A DNA stretch of 64,000 bases from Nitrosopumilus sp. Lineage in GTDB: Archaea; Thermoproteota; Nitrososphaeria; Nitrososphaerales; Nitrosopumilaceae. Position numbers and translations under genes: made by a program. This document shows positions 29,801 to 39,328 of the stretch, piece by piece. The stretch is from positions 64,001-128,000 of the forward strand of contig OZ244651.1 of the NCBI GenBank assembly GCA_965218695.1, written 5' to 3'. The stretch's first letter is position 1. Each line of letters begins with the position of its first letter. Below the pieces are notes generated by a model. It did no database searches. It was given only the letters and a program-made list of their open reading frames with translations, and was not told where the DNA came from.

Positions 29801-30065
29801 CTGCCATGATCGTCTTTCCGGCGCCGGGATCATGGGCCAGCATGAACCGTATCCTGGATTTTCCAAGTACGTATTTGTACACTGCCTCTATCTGGTGCGG
29901 CAGAGGATCTACCTTCGAGACACTCACTGCAAGGATTGGATCATACTCGAAGGCATACCTGAACCTTTTGGCCTCCAGTGCCAGGAACGCATGCCATGAA
30001 TTTGTTGACATGACTTTACGGTTGCCAACATGAGCGTCTTTGGAGCCCTTTTCTGTTCTGTTCAT
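26874..30065 (-). CDS. SNF2/RapA-like helicase with C-terminal DUF3883-like domain
   Basis: PLPHQ, HDPGAGKT, DEAH, TATPH, TEAAGEGINLQ, WNPNRLEQRMGRIHR; C-terminal GYGFDVRS...FTPNEW. Start uncertain. Confidence 0.92.
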   Translation of the reverse strand: MNRTEKGSKDAHVGNRKVMSTNSWHAFLALEAKRFRYAFEYDPILAVSVSKVDPLPHQIEAVYKYVLGKSRIRFMLAHDPGAGKTIMAGLIIKELKMRGDIRRVLVVVPGQLKEQWRWELQDKFDENFTIVDRSSFVDGGRADTWAGESLITSIDFAKQDDVISSMNGARFDLIIVDEAHKMSAYLHGSSTAKTRRYRLGEVLSVMSRHIMFLTATPHKGDAQNFRLLLDLLEPGFFATDDMMEESIKNQDNPLFLRRAKEDMVDFDGRPLFAPRSVMTPDVRLSAPEKKLYNEMSRYITEQYNLATRSVKRHNITFALIILQRRFASSTFALLESLRRRRNKLRQMEGGTGRKDAIRQAQAGSYGYTEGMTEKEQWDEEKRWELISMAKNKKELGTEIQILDSLITMAKKIIDNGHEAKLNQLKSTMKEMDRHHPEKKILVFTESKDTLNYLVRNIQAWGYSVNTIHGAMPAGERKDAETVFRDRTRVMVATEAAGEGINLQFCHLMINYDLPWNPNRLEQRMGRIHRYGQRFPVSVFNLVAADTREGEIMQVLFEKLEEIKNAMGSDKIFDVISEVVQGKSLSQMLLDATVRARKQSEIISELSDSVAVDNERVIDYMKDGLATKYIDHTKLRGIREKALERQMVPEYTRYLFGKILETAGGRIDGNGDLASIQLPGGILGLARTKHGRQILPSYETVTFDKKVRMAEPGIELITFGHPVFDAVLDWAEQEYTDAALGGSVFVDPTGMMDGHLVFCEGSVTDGTGRLAGRQMLACFVDRAGSIRAVSPSVMLDLVMHPTAYDPGEDHDRVRKMAVVKSAEMMADYAGTLSGERDRHAMIVQRYGMKSLDTHMDMIRDDIMVLLAKKRRGAKVDLAIRNKRESRRRYRTARRDMAMQARMDGNLSIGRTSVMGIARVLPGSEDAARLKRQALDSLIKFERSHGRKPELVSGEGYGFDVRSIDPNGSTRYILAKPVSTTGPVVFTPNEWLRTKTLQENCYLYLHSGGRKKPYVLRDPADVLTVMDTPSGYEADQGQAMALADMTGPGKFPTSVSKGSKHRCAI

Positions 30066-30211
30066 TTCCGCATGGCCATGGTATTTCTTACAGATGTTCG
30101 CCGAATTGTCCATTAAAATATAACGCCTGTTGTGATGTGGGCCGGAGACGCGGGACGCATGCATGTGTGACGACCGTTGCTGAACGGATTCGTACGTGAC
30201 TGCTGTATACG

Positions 30212-31383
30212 AGACATAATCCGTAATTAGAAATTGTACATATTTTCCTATACTGTGTAGGTTTTTTGACTCCTATCAGGTTGCTTCCCGGACTAGGAGA
30301 ACCCTGAGGTTGGCAAATCCGCAGACGATGTCATTGACGGTGTCGTATTTTTTCAGGCGGTTTCGGTAGACACCGCTCATTATGCGAAACCGTTTGACCC
30401 TGCGGATGGCGTGCTCCACATACACCCGTGCCTTTGAGTGCTTTTTGTTGAATTCCTTCTGCTCGGGGGACAATTCTGCGCCTTTTTGCTTCTTGTACGG
30501 CACTACTGCATCCCGGTCAGGAAATTCTTTGTTGATCCCCTGGTATCCGTTGTCCAGGATCTCTCTGACTTTGATCCTTTCCTTGTCCTTGCTCCCGTCC
30601 TTGCGTGGAAGGTTGTCAGGGAATGTCGGGTGTTTCTTTTTGAATACTGCAAAGTCGTGGATCCTGCCCGGGGAATGCCGGGTCTTGTGAATGATGAGGC
30701 CATCTGTGGCCGACGTGTACTGGATCTTGGACGTGTGCCTGTGTGCCTTGCCCGAGTAGTGGGACCGTTCCATGTCCTTGCGTCCGGGACGTTGTATCTG
30801 CTGCTCTGAGGCATCAATCAGGGCAGTCAGGCCCGGAATGATCTCCTCAAGATCGTCAAGCGTCTTGGTGGCCTTGATGTTGGCGTAGATCTTTGACGGA
30901 AGCGGAACGCACTGCCGGATCGACGGCTCCAGTGCCCCCATGCTGCGGGACACGCTAGCCTGGCCCATCTGAAACACCATGGCAAGAAGATCCTGCGTAG
31001 CGTATGTCCTGTAATAAAACAGGACCAGAAGAAACCTGTTTTTCAGATCCAGTTTCCACCTGCGTCCGGCACCAATGCCGCGCACCCTGCTTCTTTTGGC
31101 GAGTCGCTTTTGCTCTGCCTTGGGGTATTTTTTTGCCAGCCGCCCTGCCACCAAATTAAATTCGGAGACTGTCAGTCCAGTGCACCGGATGAACAGTTTG
31201 GGCTTTTTTGCTAATTTGTCGTATAATGACATGCTTTGACATTGGCAATCAGAATAAAACACGGCTGACGTATAGTTTTGATCATCGGGCAAGTTCGAAT
31301 TGACATGCAATTCCATGCAGTCAGCCAGATTTGTCCTGCAATGCGTCCAATCTCGTGATTATGCCCAATTACGGATGATGTCT
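30212..31383 (-). mobile_element. IS5-family (ISL2/DDE_4-like) element, copy 1
   Basis: TIR AGACATAATCCGTAATT / AATTACGGATGATGTCT. Same 1172-bp length as the copy at 43548. Flanks ACG and AAG are an imperfect match. Confidence 0.9.
30276..31232 (-). CDS. IS5-family (HARBI1/DDE_4) transposase
   Basis: IDASE, YSGK, DNGYQG, RVYVEHAIRRVKRFRI. Confidence 0.92.
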   Translation of the reverse strand: MSLYDKLAKKPKLFIRCTGLTVSEFNLVAGRLAKKYPKAEQKRLAKRSRVRGIGAGRRWKLDLKNRFLLVLFYYRTYATQDLLAMVFQMGQASVSRSMGALEPSIRQCVPLPSKIYANIKATKTLDDLEEIIPGLTALIDASEQQIQRPGRKDMERSHYSGKAHRHTSKIQYTSATDGLIIHKTRHSPGRIHDFAVFKKKHPTFPDNLPRKDGSKDKERIKVREILDNGYQGINKEFPDRDAVVPYKKQKGAELSPEQKEFNKKHSKARVYVEHAIRRVKRFRIMSGVYRNRLKKYDTVNDIVCGFANLRVLLVREAT

Positions 31384-31725
31384 AAGGAACAGACGCTCAG
31401 GAAGGATGCTGGGGAATGCAGATGGAACCGTATCATGCTGTTTTCCCTGTAGTTGTTTTCTCTCTATGCCACTTTCCATTGGAATTCATCGGTTGTATGA
31501 TGGATCGGTGATCCGGGACATCTCTGTCACCTGACGATCTTTGGAATTTTGTTGCTTTTTTGACGAGGGTAGACAGACCTCCTGTGGCATGTATCCACCA
31601 ATCCGACATCCGTTAGGCACGAATCACAAATAATCATGCATGTTTTGGAGGTGACATGGACACACATTCGGTGGCTGTAAAAAGTTTTAAATAACTATTT
31701 GATTCAAAACAGGTAGGTAAACGCT

Positions 31726-32058
31726 ATGAATACAAAAGTACTTTTAACAGCAACAGTCCTTTCTGTATTCTTCATCGGCACCATCGGCGCGAATACTGTG
31801 GCATTTGCACAATATCTCGGCAACGTTGGGGACGCAGGAGAGACAGGATCACTAACCTTGGAAGAAGCCCTTGAGCTTCAGGCAGCACGTGTTGCATCTG
31901 CAGCCGACAACCCTGGAGCCGGATCAGGAACACCATATCTTGATGCAAACGGCGTCGTTGGCGCATCAGTCATAGCCGGCGCAGTATTTGGCGGTATTGC
32001 AGGAGCCTTCTTCATCAGGGGAAGATCCGGCAAGTATGCTGCCATGGGCAGAGGATAA
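31726..32058 (+). CDS. amoZ: Probable ammonia monooxygenase accessory subunit AmoZ
   Basis: Signal peptide, helical ectodomain, GSGTPYL, one TM and basic tail. TATA TTTTAAAT near 31685 and T-tract after the stop. Name is from recall of AOA AmoZ and position in the cluster. Confidence 0.6.
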   Translation: MNTKVLLTATVLSVFFIGTIGANTVAFAQYLGNVGDAGETGSLTLEEALELQAARVASAADNPGAGSGTPYLDANGVVGASVIAGAVFGGIAGAFFIRGRSGKYAAMGRG

Positions 32059-32065
32059 TCACGTA

Positions 32066-32084
32066 TCTTTTTTCCCTTTTTTTG
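32066..32084 (+). terminator. Oligo-T archaeal terminator after amoZ
   Basis: tctttttttcccttttttt directly after the stop. Confidence 0.6.
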
Positions 32085-32943
32085 TTACAGTCGCCTAGAC
32101 TCTGCGCAATTTGACATTGGGCAAACATCGACTAGGCAGTCAGTTGCGCCGTATGGCCAGAGACTAGGCATTGCGATCCGCTTGTGTGTCCCATGTCTTG
32201 CAGTACATCATGCGATCTGGATCGGCTTCTTTGCATGGTCATGGTGAGACCTGCGATCGCGGCATGACCGTAAAGATCAGAAGTAAATCCAACCTGATGC
32301 CCGGCAGAATGCCAGTTCTGGGCCTCATGTGGGAGATGAACAACTTTTGGGACTACAATTAACCGTGTCAAGAGGGTGTGTCCTAGTAATAAAAAATGCC
32401 ATTTCATGTGCCAAGATGCCAAAGACATGATTGGTGCCAGAACCCGTCGACGCCAACAGTGCCGCACCGTCAATCTTTCACAACCCATAAAATCCCCCAA
32501 ATCCAAGACACTGTGCGGAGGCTCCGCTAGGAGGCGCGTGTCAAGACGCGCCGGTTACGCTGCAAGTGTCGCGATTTGATCCTGTGTGAGCCTGCCGTCT
32601 TTTGCCAGGAATCTGGCCACGAGCTCGACGTTGTAGCGCATGACACGGATCGCAGTCTCCCTTGTCCGGTTCTCGTGTTTTCGGCACCTGGTGCTGTCCC
32701 CGTACATCTTCTTGAGGGCTGCAAAGACTGCCTCGATGATGCTGCGCTGATGGTATTCCGAGTCAAACCTGTCCTTGTCATCCATGTACAGGCTTACCAT
32801 TTCGCGCCACGACTGACTTCCCCTGGCGTTGCGTATGGTGTTGGATTTTGGCTTGATGCGGGGCACCATTCCCATCGCAGATATCATGTTGCACATGAGC
32901 CTTGCCAGGTATGCAGAATCCAGGCAAAAGTCACCGGTGCCTA

Positions 32944-34043
32944 TACTGACGATCAAAAGTTTGTGCACAATGCTTCATATTTTCGGCTGGTAAATTTGAG
33001 AATGTCAAGCTTGAACCTAATGGTTCGATAATACAACGAGACTGCCCGGTGCATGTCCTGAAATGTCCGGTAATATTCTGAGACAAGCAGGACGCGCTTT
33101 CCCTGGTGCCAGCATTCCTCCATCGCGTTGAGGTACGGCGATCCCTTTGGCAAATAGATCATCTTGACGTCTCTGTTGCTGCGCAGAAATTCCTTTACCC
33201 GTTTTGAGCGGTGCTGCGGAGCCCTGTCTGTAGTCACCACCACTTTTCCAAAATGCCTGTGCAGATCCTTGAGATACCTGACAAACGTGGGCCCGTCAAA
33301 TTTCTCGTACGTCCGGAAAAACTGCCTGCCGTCCCGGGCAATCGAACCGTAAGCTGCGATCCTCTTGTGGCTGCCGGTGTACGGCACGCTTATGGAATGG
33401 CCCACGGGAGACCAGTATTTGCGACCGACCATCACGTCGTGTATGAAAATTGCCTCATCCTCCATTACCGTGGTGAATCCCTCATTTTCCAGGCGTGAAA
33501 CGCGCTTGTTGAAGCGGTATTTCCAGTTCTGCACGGCTTTTTTGCCTGCCCTGTTAACGTGGATCTTTCGCGGTGCCTTTGGGGACAGACCGTGCAGGTG
33601 CATGATCTTCCTGACGTACGTGATGTGAAGTTTTACGCCCGCGTCCTTGCGTATGTTCTGCTGCAGCTCCGAGGGCGTGATTCTATGGTAGGCCGTCTTT
33701 TCAATTATTCCGTCAATGACATCTCGCGGAATTTTTCTGGGTCGTCCGCATCGGGGAAGATCACGGAGGCCTTGCAGGCCTCCGTCGTCGAAGCGGCGCA
33801 ACCAGTTACGGACCCAGTTTGGGCTACGTCCTTGGATGTCGGCAGTCTCCTCCACGGACATGTTGCGCACGCGAACCATGCGCACCGAGACCATCCGGAT
33901 TCTGACCTTGTAATCTTTTTCTTTTCTGTACGCCTTTTCGAGTTCTTCCAGTTTGGTGTCGTCCATGTATCCCTGAAATGGGCCTGATCTAGAAACTTTG
34001 CGGTTGGCTAGGGCATTTGTTCAAAGACTTTTGCGCGTCAGTA
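32944..34043 (-). mobile_element. IS630-family element
   Basis: TIR TACTGACG..CAAAAGT; duplicated TA target at 32942-32943 and 34044-34045. Confidence 0.92.
32953..33966 (-). CDS. IS630 transposase
   Basis: HTH, GRPRK, EDEA, DRAPQH, SPYLNAMEECW. Confidence 0.93.
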   Translation of the reverse strand: MDDTKLEELEKAYRKEKDYKVRIRMVSVRMVRVRNMSVEETADIQGRSPNWVRNWLRRFDDGGLQGLRDLPRCGRPRKIPRDVIDGIIEKTAYHRITPSELQQNIRKDAGVKLHITYVRKIMHLHGLSPKAPRKIHVNRAGKKAVQNWKYRFNKRVSRLENEGFTTVMEDEAIFIHDVMVGRKYWSPVGHSISVPYTGSHKRIAAYGSIARDGRQFFRTYEKFDGPTFVRYLKDLHRHFGKVVVTTDRAPQHRSKRVKEFLRSNRDVKMIYLPKGSPYLNAMEECWHQGKRVLLVSEYYRTFQDMHRAVSLYYRTIRFKLDILKFTSRKYEALCTNF

Positions 34044-34696
34044 TAGGCCGAGCCTGCCGAGCATCGCGTACAATCCGTTTATGTCTGCCACCGCGCTGTC
34101 AGTCACCATGCAGTCGATTATCACCCTGGTGCGTATGTCCACGATTGCGTGCAGCTTGACCCATCCCTTTCTGGTACGAAAACTGTCGGTCCTGACGTTA
34201 AACCACCTGACAAACCGCAGGTACGAGTACCCGGTACTGTCTGCTGCCAAGGAGCCTGTCCCCACATCCATGATGGCAATCCGGTGTGCCTCTGCCAGGT
34301 ACCATTCCGGGATCAGGCCGTAGGCGCGTGCTATCGTGCTCTTGGAGGGAATTCTGTCCAGGCCCATCCTGGCTGCCATGACGCCGTTACTTCGGAGAAT
34401 GCCGACCATCTTGCGGTAGGTCGTGCGCTGTGCCTCAAGCATGATGCAGACAGCTGCCATGGCGCCAGGCGGGTATGCCGTCATGCCGCCCAAGCCGGGC
34501 CAGACGGCGTACGGATCCCCAAGCTCTTTGATTATCCCCAGCACGGTATTCAACATGAGGCCCGGCATGTACTGCTGAACCAGATCGTACTGTCGTTGGT
34601 CGCGTTTCTTTGTAGTCATTAGGCGATGCCGTGATCTGCCGATCCATATCTTTTGTCATCCTAGAGTATATCTCTTTAGGACACACCCGTGTCAAG

Positions 34697-35830
34697 TACG
34701 TTGTACAAAAAGTAGTTCCTCCCCTAGCCAATGGAGCCGGCGTGTTTGGAAGCAAGATCAGCCTGGTGTTGAGTGGAAGCAAGGGTGTGTGGGCAAGAAC
34801 GATGTACTCCAATCGGTGGCGGCATATGGGAACCCGGAGAGTACGCATCATGAAAAAGCTGGACGAATCGAAGGTAAGGTGGATACTTTCGGAGAAGGAC
34901 AAGGGATCCACCAATTCATGCATCTCCAAGGCCATGGGTGTGTCGCCGCGGTGGATAAGGAGGCTGTATTCCAGGTACAAGGGACAGGAACGCAGCAGCG
35001 TGGCATATCCGATGCACATGGGCAGGCCCGCATGCGGCCTTCCCGGCCGGAAGGAACACTCCGCGGTACTGTGCGCCAAGGGCAATGACCATGTTGGGGC
35101 CGTACGCCTGCACGGGCGCATAAGGGACGTCACCGGAATAAATATTCCATACAACCGCATACACATGGTATTGCGTGACGAGGATCTGGCTGCCAGACAG
35201 CCCAACAAGAGCAAGCGCCGCAAGTGGATCCGCTTTGAGCGCACCTACTCCAACTCGATGTGGCACACCGACTACAAGCTGCTTGACGACGGCAGGTGGT
35301 TCCTGTGTTACGAGGACGACGCCTCGCGGTTCGTGACTGCGTACGGCACGTTTGAGCGCGCAACGGCAGAAAACGCCCTGTCGGTATTGGACGAGGCGAT
35401 AAGAAACCACGGCAAGCCTGCATCCATAATGACTGACCGCGGATCCCAGTTCTACGCCACCGCATCAGAGGCAAAGAAAAAGGGTGCATCCGAGTTCGAA
35501 AAGAGGCTGGCAGAGCTTGGCATCAAGCAGATTCTGGCAGGCGTGAGGCACCCGCAGACCAACGGCAAGCTGGAGAGGCTGCACGGGGAGATCCAGCGGA
35601 AGCTGCCCGAATTTGAGGCGATAATGATGCGCAAGAGCGACCCGGTGGACCTCTTCATGCAGTGGTACAATTACGACAGACCGCACATGTCACTTGGCCT
35701 AGACGGGGAGGAGACGCCAGCCCAGGCGTTTGTGCGCAAGATGCCACCCAAAGGAGAGATAGTAATAGACGAGCAGACAGGGGAGGAGTATCATGTGGAG
35801 TAAGGGAGGAACTACTTTTCGTATTCCACA
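34697..35830 (+). mobile_element. IS481-family element
   Basis: Inverted repeat core AAAAGTAGTTCCTCCC. 15-bp TSD CACACCCGTGTCAAG at 34682-34696; the right copy is split by the ISH3 unit. Confidence 0.85.
34850..35803 (+). CDS. IS481 transposase (rve)
   Basis: WHTDYK, DDASR, TDRGSQF, HPQTNGKLERLH, YNYDRPH. Confidence 0.93.
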   Translation: MKKLDESKVRWILSEKDKGSTNSCISKAMGVSPRWIRRLYSRYKGQERSSVAYPMHMGRPACGLPGRKEHSAVLCAKGNDHVGAVRLHGRIRDVTGINIPYNRIHMVLRDEDLAARQPNKSKRRKWIRFERTYSNSMWHTDYKLLDDGRWFLCYEDDASRFVTAYGTFERATAENALSVLDEAIRNHGKPASIMTDRGSQFYATASEAKKKGASEFEKRLAELGIKQILAGVRHPQTNGKLERLHGEIQRKLPEFEAIMMRKSDPVDLFMQWYNYDRPHMSLGLDGEETPAQAFVRKMPPKGEIVIDEQTGEEYHVE

Positions 35831-36225
35831 CACACCCGTGTCACAGTTAACGCAGAAGTAGCAACAATTTAGTGCATGATTGGATAGAATGCCTATTCCA
35901 ATACCCATGTTGAAAGCCTCAAACATGCCAATGTCTTGTCCTGCCTGCATGATCTAGATGCATGGCGTGGGCATGGCGGTACCGGGTGTCGGTGGCAGTG
36001 CCCATGCAGTTAACACAGAAGTAAAAGATCCAGCCTGACAGGCAGGACACGCCCGCGCCGTCCCGTGCGTATCTGCAATGAGCCTGCAGGCGTTGCCAAA
36101 AATAGTTGCCAGCAGGTGCAAATCGCATGCCATTGCAGCTTAAAAGAATGGAGTGAGAGTACCCGTCAATGCACTACCAGAAACGGGCTCACACCCATAT
36201 CGGCTTCACGGAATTGGAATTTAAG

Positions 36226-37989
36226 GTAATAGTTTCGCTTTTTGAAGTGGGCTGCTTGGCAGCGGAGCGGGTGCAGCCTTCCCCTTACCGTGGACTCTTT
36301 TTCCCCGTGACGCACTGCACGTGCCGTCGGACGGCGCCTCATCCGTCCCCGGAAGACGAGCGGACCAGGTGATCAAAGAAGCTGTCCTTGTTGATCCTGT
36401 CAGTTGCCAGCAGCGTGAACAGGATCGAGTTGGCATCCATGCCCTTCCTGGAGCGGTTCCCGCCCCCGTCGCTCCTTACGGCCACGAACCTCCGGTTGGC
36501 CCTCTCGACTGCGTTGTTGTCAGGCTCGATGCCGTCCACGTGCAGGCAGGTGGTCATGAAATATCCCTCCCGCGGGTACCTCTTCTTGTGCCGGGCGATG
36601 GTGCCGTCCCCGTCGCCTGCAAACGGTTCGTTCATCAGCTCGCGCAGCTCCGCGTCTATGCAGCGGGCAGCGACGATCCTTGGGTGCCGGTCCTTGATCC
36701 TGGAGGCGCGGTAAATCTTCATGTGGATTGCCGACAGCCTGTCCAGAAACGCCGGAACGTCACCCCCGGGGTTGGTCAGGACGTCCTTTTGCACCAGGCG
36801 TTCCTGGTGCCACACGCACATCTGGCGGCACGATCCCACGTGGAGCCACCCGGGATACGAGTCCTGCGTTATGGTTCCCCGGTAGCCCGGGAGCGTCTGG
36901 CGGAGCGTCTTGATGTCCCGCGAGTCGGCCACCTCCACGAGGCAGTGATTTTTTGCCAGAGCCACTATCCCGTAGCCGCGCTTGCCGCCCAGCGGCCAGT
37001 GAAACTCGTCTACGTTCAGGTGTGGCGCCTCCAGCACGCGCTCCCTTACCGAATCGCGTTCCGGCGCCATGCGCCCGGCCTGCCTGATCTTGCCGCGGTA
37101 GGCAGACGAGCGCGAGGTTACGTGCCCCAACGCGTCGCCGCCAAATTCTGCGGTCCTGGCATGCGACATGCCATTCATGTTCAGGGACGTCATGACCGCG
37201 TCAAAGTTTGATGAACGGCGCGCGTGTTTTGCCGCGCCGGGAACCCTCCCGGAGACCTGTCTTTTGCACACGCGGCACCAGCGCCGCTTGATGACGTACC
37301 TGACGTTCTCCAACAGGACGCGCATGACAGTCACGATGCGATCGTACTCGGCAGTCACCCTCCCAGAGAGCCCGCCGCCGCAGTCGGGGCACTCCTTGCA
37401 GTCGATCTCCTCGACGCGGTCCACGCGCTTTGGCCTGCAGTTGACGGTGGGTTTCTGCCCCTTGGGCCTGCCGGCGGCCTTCTTTCCCTGACCGGCCTTC
37501 TTCTTGGGCGCGGGGACGCTGATCCCGTTTGCCTTGGCGTTGAGATCCCTGTTTGTCTTGGCGTACCTCTTGTTGTCCTCTGTGAGGGACGAGACGAGCG
37601 CCTGCAGGCGCCCGGCCTCCTTCCAGTCTGCGCCCGACTCGCCTGCAATTTCGCAGGCTGCCTCCAGGATCTTGCGGGTTGGGCCTAGCACGTCGCCGAA
37701 CATTTTTGCCCAGTGCAGGCAGCACCTGCACCCTGGTTCCATGCACGCCCCGGCATCCAGCGGGATTTGCGGCAAGGAGTGTTCGTGCATTGCCTTAAAT
37801 TCCTCCGCCTCCAAGCATGTTCGGCGTGCTGGTTCCTTCATTTCCAAAGATCGAAGGGACTGGCACCCACTCGTACTTGGATCGCGATGGTCTAACTTTG
37901 TCATCCCGAGTACGAAATTATTAGATTCATTCCCGGTACCATGGATGTCCGCTAGGCCATCCGGTTACTTCAAAAAGCGAAACAATTAC
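36226..37989 (-). mobile_element. IS66-family element (single ORF, ISBst12-like)
   Basis: TIR GTAAT(A/T)GTTTCGCTTTTTGAAGT. 8-bp TSD AATTTAAG at 36218-36225 and 37990-37997. Confidence 0.92.
36339..37904 (-). CDS. IS66 transposase (TnpC-like)
   Basis: Coiled coil, CPDCG..CRVC zinc ribbon, VDE, QDSY, QMCVWH, PDNNAVERANR. Start uncertain. Confidence 0.9.
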   Translation of the reverse strand: MTKLDHRDPSTSGCQSLRSLEMKEPARRTCLEAEEFKAMHEHSLPQIPLDAGACMEPGCRCCLHWAKMFGDVLGPTRKILEAACEIAGESGADWKEAGRLQALVSSLTEDNKRYAKTNRDLNAKANGISVPAPKKKAGQGKKAAGRPKGQKPTVNCRPKRVDRVEEIDCKECPDCGGGLSGRVTAEYDRIVTVMRVLLENVRYVIKRRWCRVCKRQVSGRVPGAAKHARRSSNFDAVMTSLNMNGMSHARTAEFGGDALGHVTSRSSAYRGKIRQAGRMAPERDSVRERVLEAPHLNVDEFHWPLGGKRGYGIVALAKNHCLVEVADSRDIKTLRQTLPGYRGTITQDSYPGWLHVGSCRQMCVWHQERLVQKDVLTNPGGDVPAFLDRLSAIHMKIYRASRIKDRHPRIVAARCIDAELRELMNEPFAGDGDGTIARHKKRYPREGYFMTTCLHVDGIEPDNNAVERANRRFVAVRSDGGGNRSRKGMDANSILFTLLATDRINKDSFFDHLVRSSSGDG

Positions 37990-37999
37990 AATTTAAGGC

Positions 38000-39328
38000 T
38001 TGCCGGGTTGCCTGAAACGGGACCCGGTCAGACAGGATGCGCCTGGAGGTGCAGACGCGCCCCGCCTGCCAGGCCGCATGCAGCGTTCCCTGAAAAACAA
38101 TCCGGACATGGGCGGACACGTCATGGACGAGATATCCGGGGTGTTTGATCCGGGCCTTCCATCCCCCAAAAGGAACAACGCCACGTACGGACCTGCAGAT
38201 TTTCACAGAATCCTGATTGCAGCTGCCGTGCTTGGCGTCTCGGTATTCGGATGCGCGTCGGCCCTGCGCAACGCCGCGGCCCTGCTGCACGGGCTTGGGA
38301 AATCACACCGCCGCGCAGCCAGCGGCGAGTGGATCCGCGACATGATCTCCAGGATCGAGAGGGACAGGCTGATGGGGGCGTTTAACAAAAAGGTAGGATC
38401 TCAACTGGACAGGCTGCAGGAGCTGGGCATGCTTGCAGGCAGGAAGATGGACGTTGCCATAGACATGCACCTGATACCGCGCTGGGACCGCAAGCACGGG
38501 GCCGAGGTGGTGCGCTCAAAGAGCAAGGGCAAGACCGGCCTTTTTGAGCTGTACATCACGGCGCAGTGCGTCAACGGGGGAATGCACATCGCGTTGGGGG
38601 TGCTTCACATGCCAGCCCTCGAGGACGCCTCTGATTTTGTGCGCCGGATAATCCGGACATGCATGGACAACAGGATCAAGATCGGGATCGCCATGCTTGA
38701 CCGGGAATTCTTTTCCACCGACGTCATCAGGGCGCTCAATGAGATGGGCGTGGACTACCTGATGCCGTGCGTCAACACGCCCAACGTGGTCCGGGCCATC
38801 GCGCAGTTTGACCGCGGGGAGCGCATGACAGTGTCCAGGTTCCGCATAGCAAAGACCAAGAAGGATTACGAGGAATACACCATGATAATAACAAATCGCA
38901 AAAGAAAGGGCAGGAAATCGGACAGCAAAAAGCCCGAGGAGAGATACATCGCGTTTGCCACAAGCGTGCCCGGAATCAACATCGACCTGTACTCCAAGAG
39001 ATGGGTAATAGAAACGGGATACAGGATGATAGAGAACCAAAGGGCAAGGACGCGCAGCAGCAACAGCACCGCCAGGCTGTTCTGCTTTCTCTACTCTGTG
39101 ATCCTGTTCAACGTATGGATCCTTGCAAACGCCGGGCTGACGCGCAATCCGGGCGGCGTCTACGCCAAGGTGAGGCAGACTGACATGAAGCTGATTCTCC
39201 TGCTGATGGTCGTTCCATGGTATCTTGCCAAGCGCAAGCCGCCGGACAGGCACTGCCCCTGCTGCTGCTGCCGTACGGACGGATGCACGGCAGGCCGCAT
39301 CCAAAACACCGGCCGGCCCCTGCAGTAG
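38000..39328 (+). CDS. ISH3-type transposase
   Basis: AIDMH, LDREFFS, YSKRWVIETGYR; paralog of 9694-10950. True start may be 38078. Confidence 0.88.
   Translation: MPGCLKRDPVRQDAPGGADAPRLPGRMQRSLKNNPDMGGHVMDEISGVFDPGLPSPKRNNATYGPADFHRILIAAAVLGVSVFGCASALRNAAALLHGLGKSHRRAASGEWIRDMISRIERDRLMGAFNKKVGSQLDRLQELGMLAGRKMDVAIDMHLIPRWDRKHGAEVVRSKSKGKTGLFELYITAQCVNGGMHIALGVLHMPALEDASDFVRRIIRTCMDNRIKIGIAMLDREFFSTDVIRALNEMGVDYLMPCVNTPNVVRAIAQFDRGERMTVSRFRIAKTKKDYEEYTMIITNRKRKGRKSDSKKPEERYIAFATSVPGINIDLYSKRWVIETGYRMIENQRARTRSSNSTARLFCFLYSVILFNVWILANAGLTRNPGGVYAKVRQTDMKLILLLMVVPWYLAKRKPPDRHCPCCCCRTDGCTAGRIQNTGRPLQ

Larger units (their letters stand above)
32555..34619 (-). pseudogene. IS5 transposase split by IS630
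   Basis: N-terminal 34046-34619 and C-terminal 32555-32943 match the intact 320-aa protein at 52186-53148. Confidence 0.9.
32374..34688 (-). mobile_element. IS5-family element interrupted by IS630
   Basis: TIR GGGTGTGTCCTA. 9-bp TSD GTGTCAAGA at 32365-32373; the right copy is restored once later insertions are removed. Intact sister at 52005-53217. Confidence 0.9.

Noticed and set aside
36321-37211. Long alternative ORFs (also 38516-39493, 50426-51349, 50640-51764, 34435-35244)
   Set aside because: Antisense shadows of GC-rich transposase genes with no recognisable motifs.
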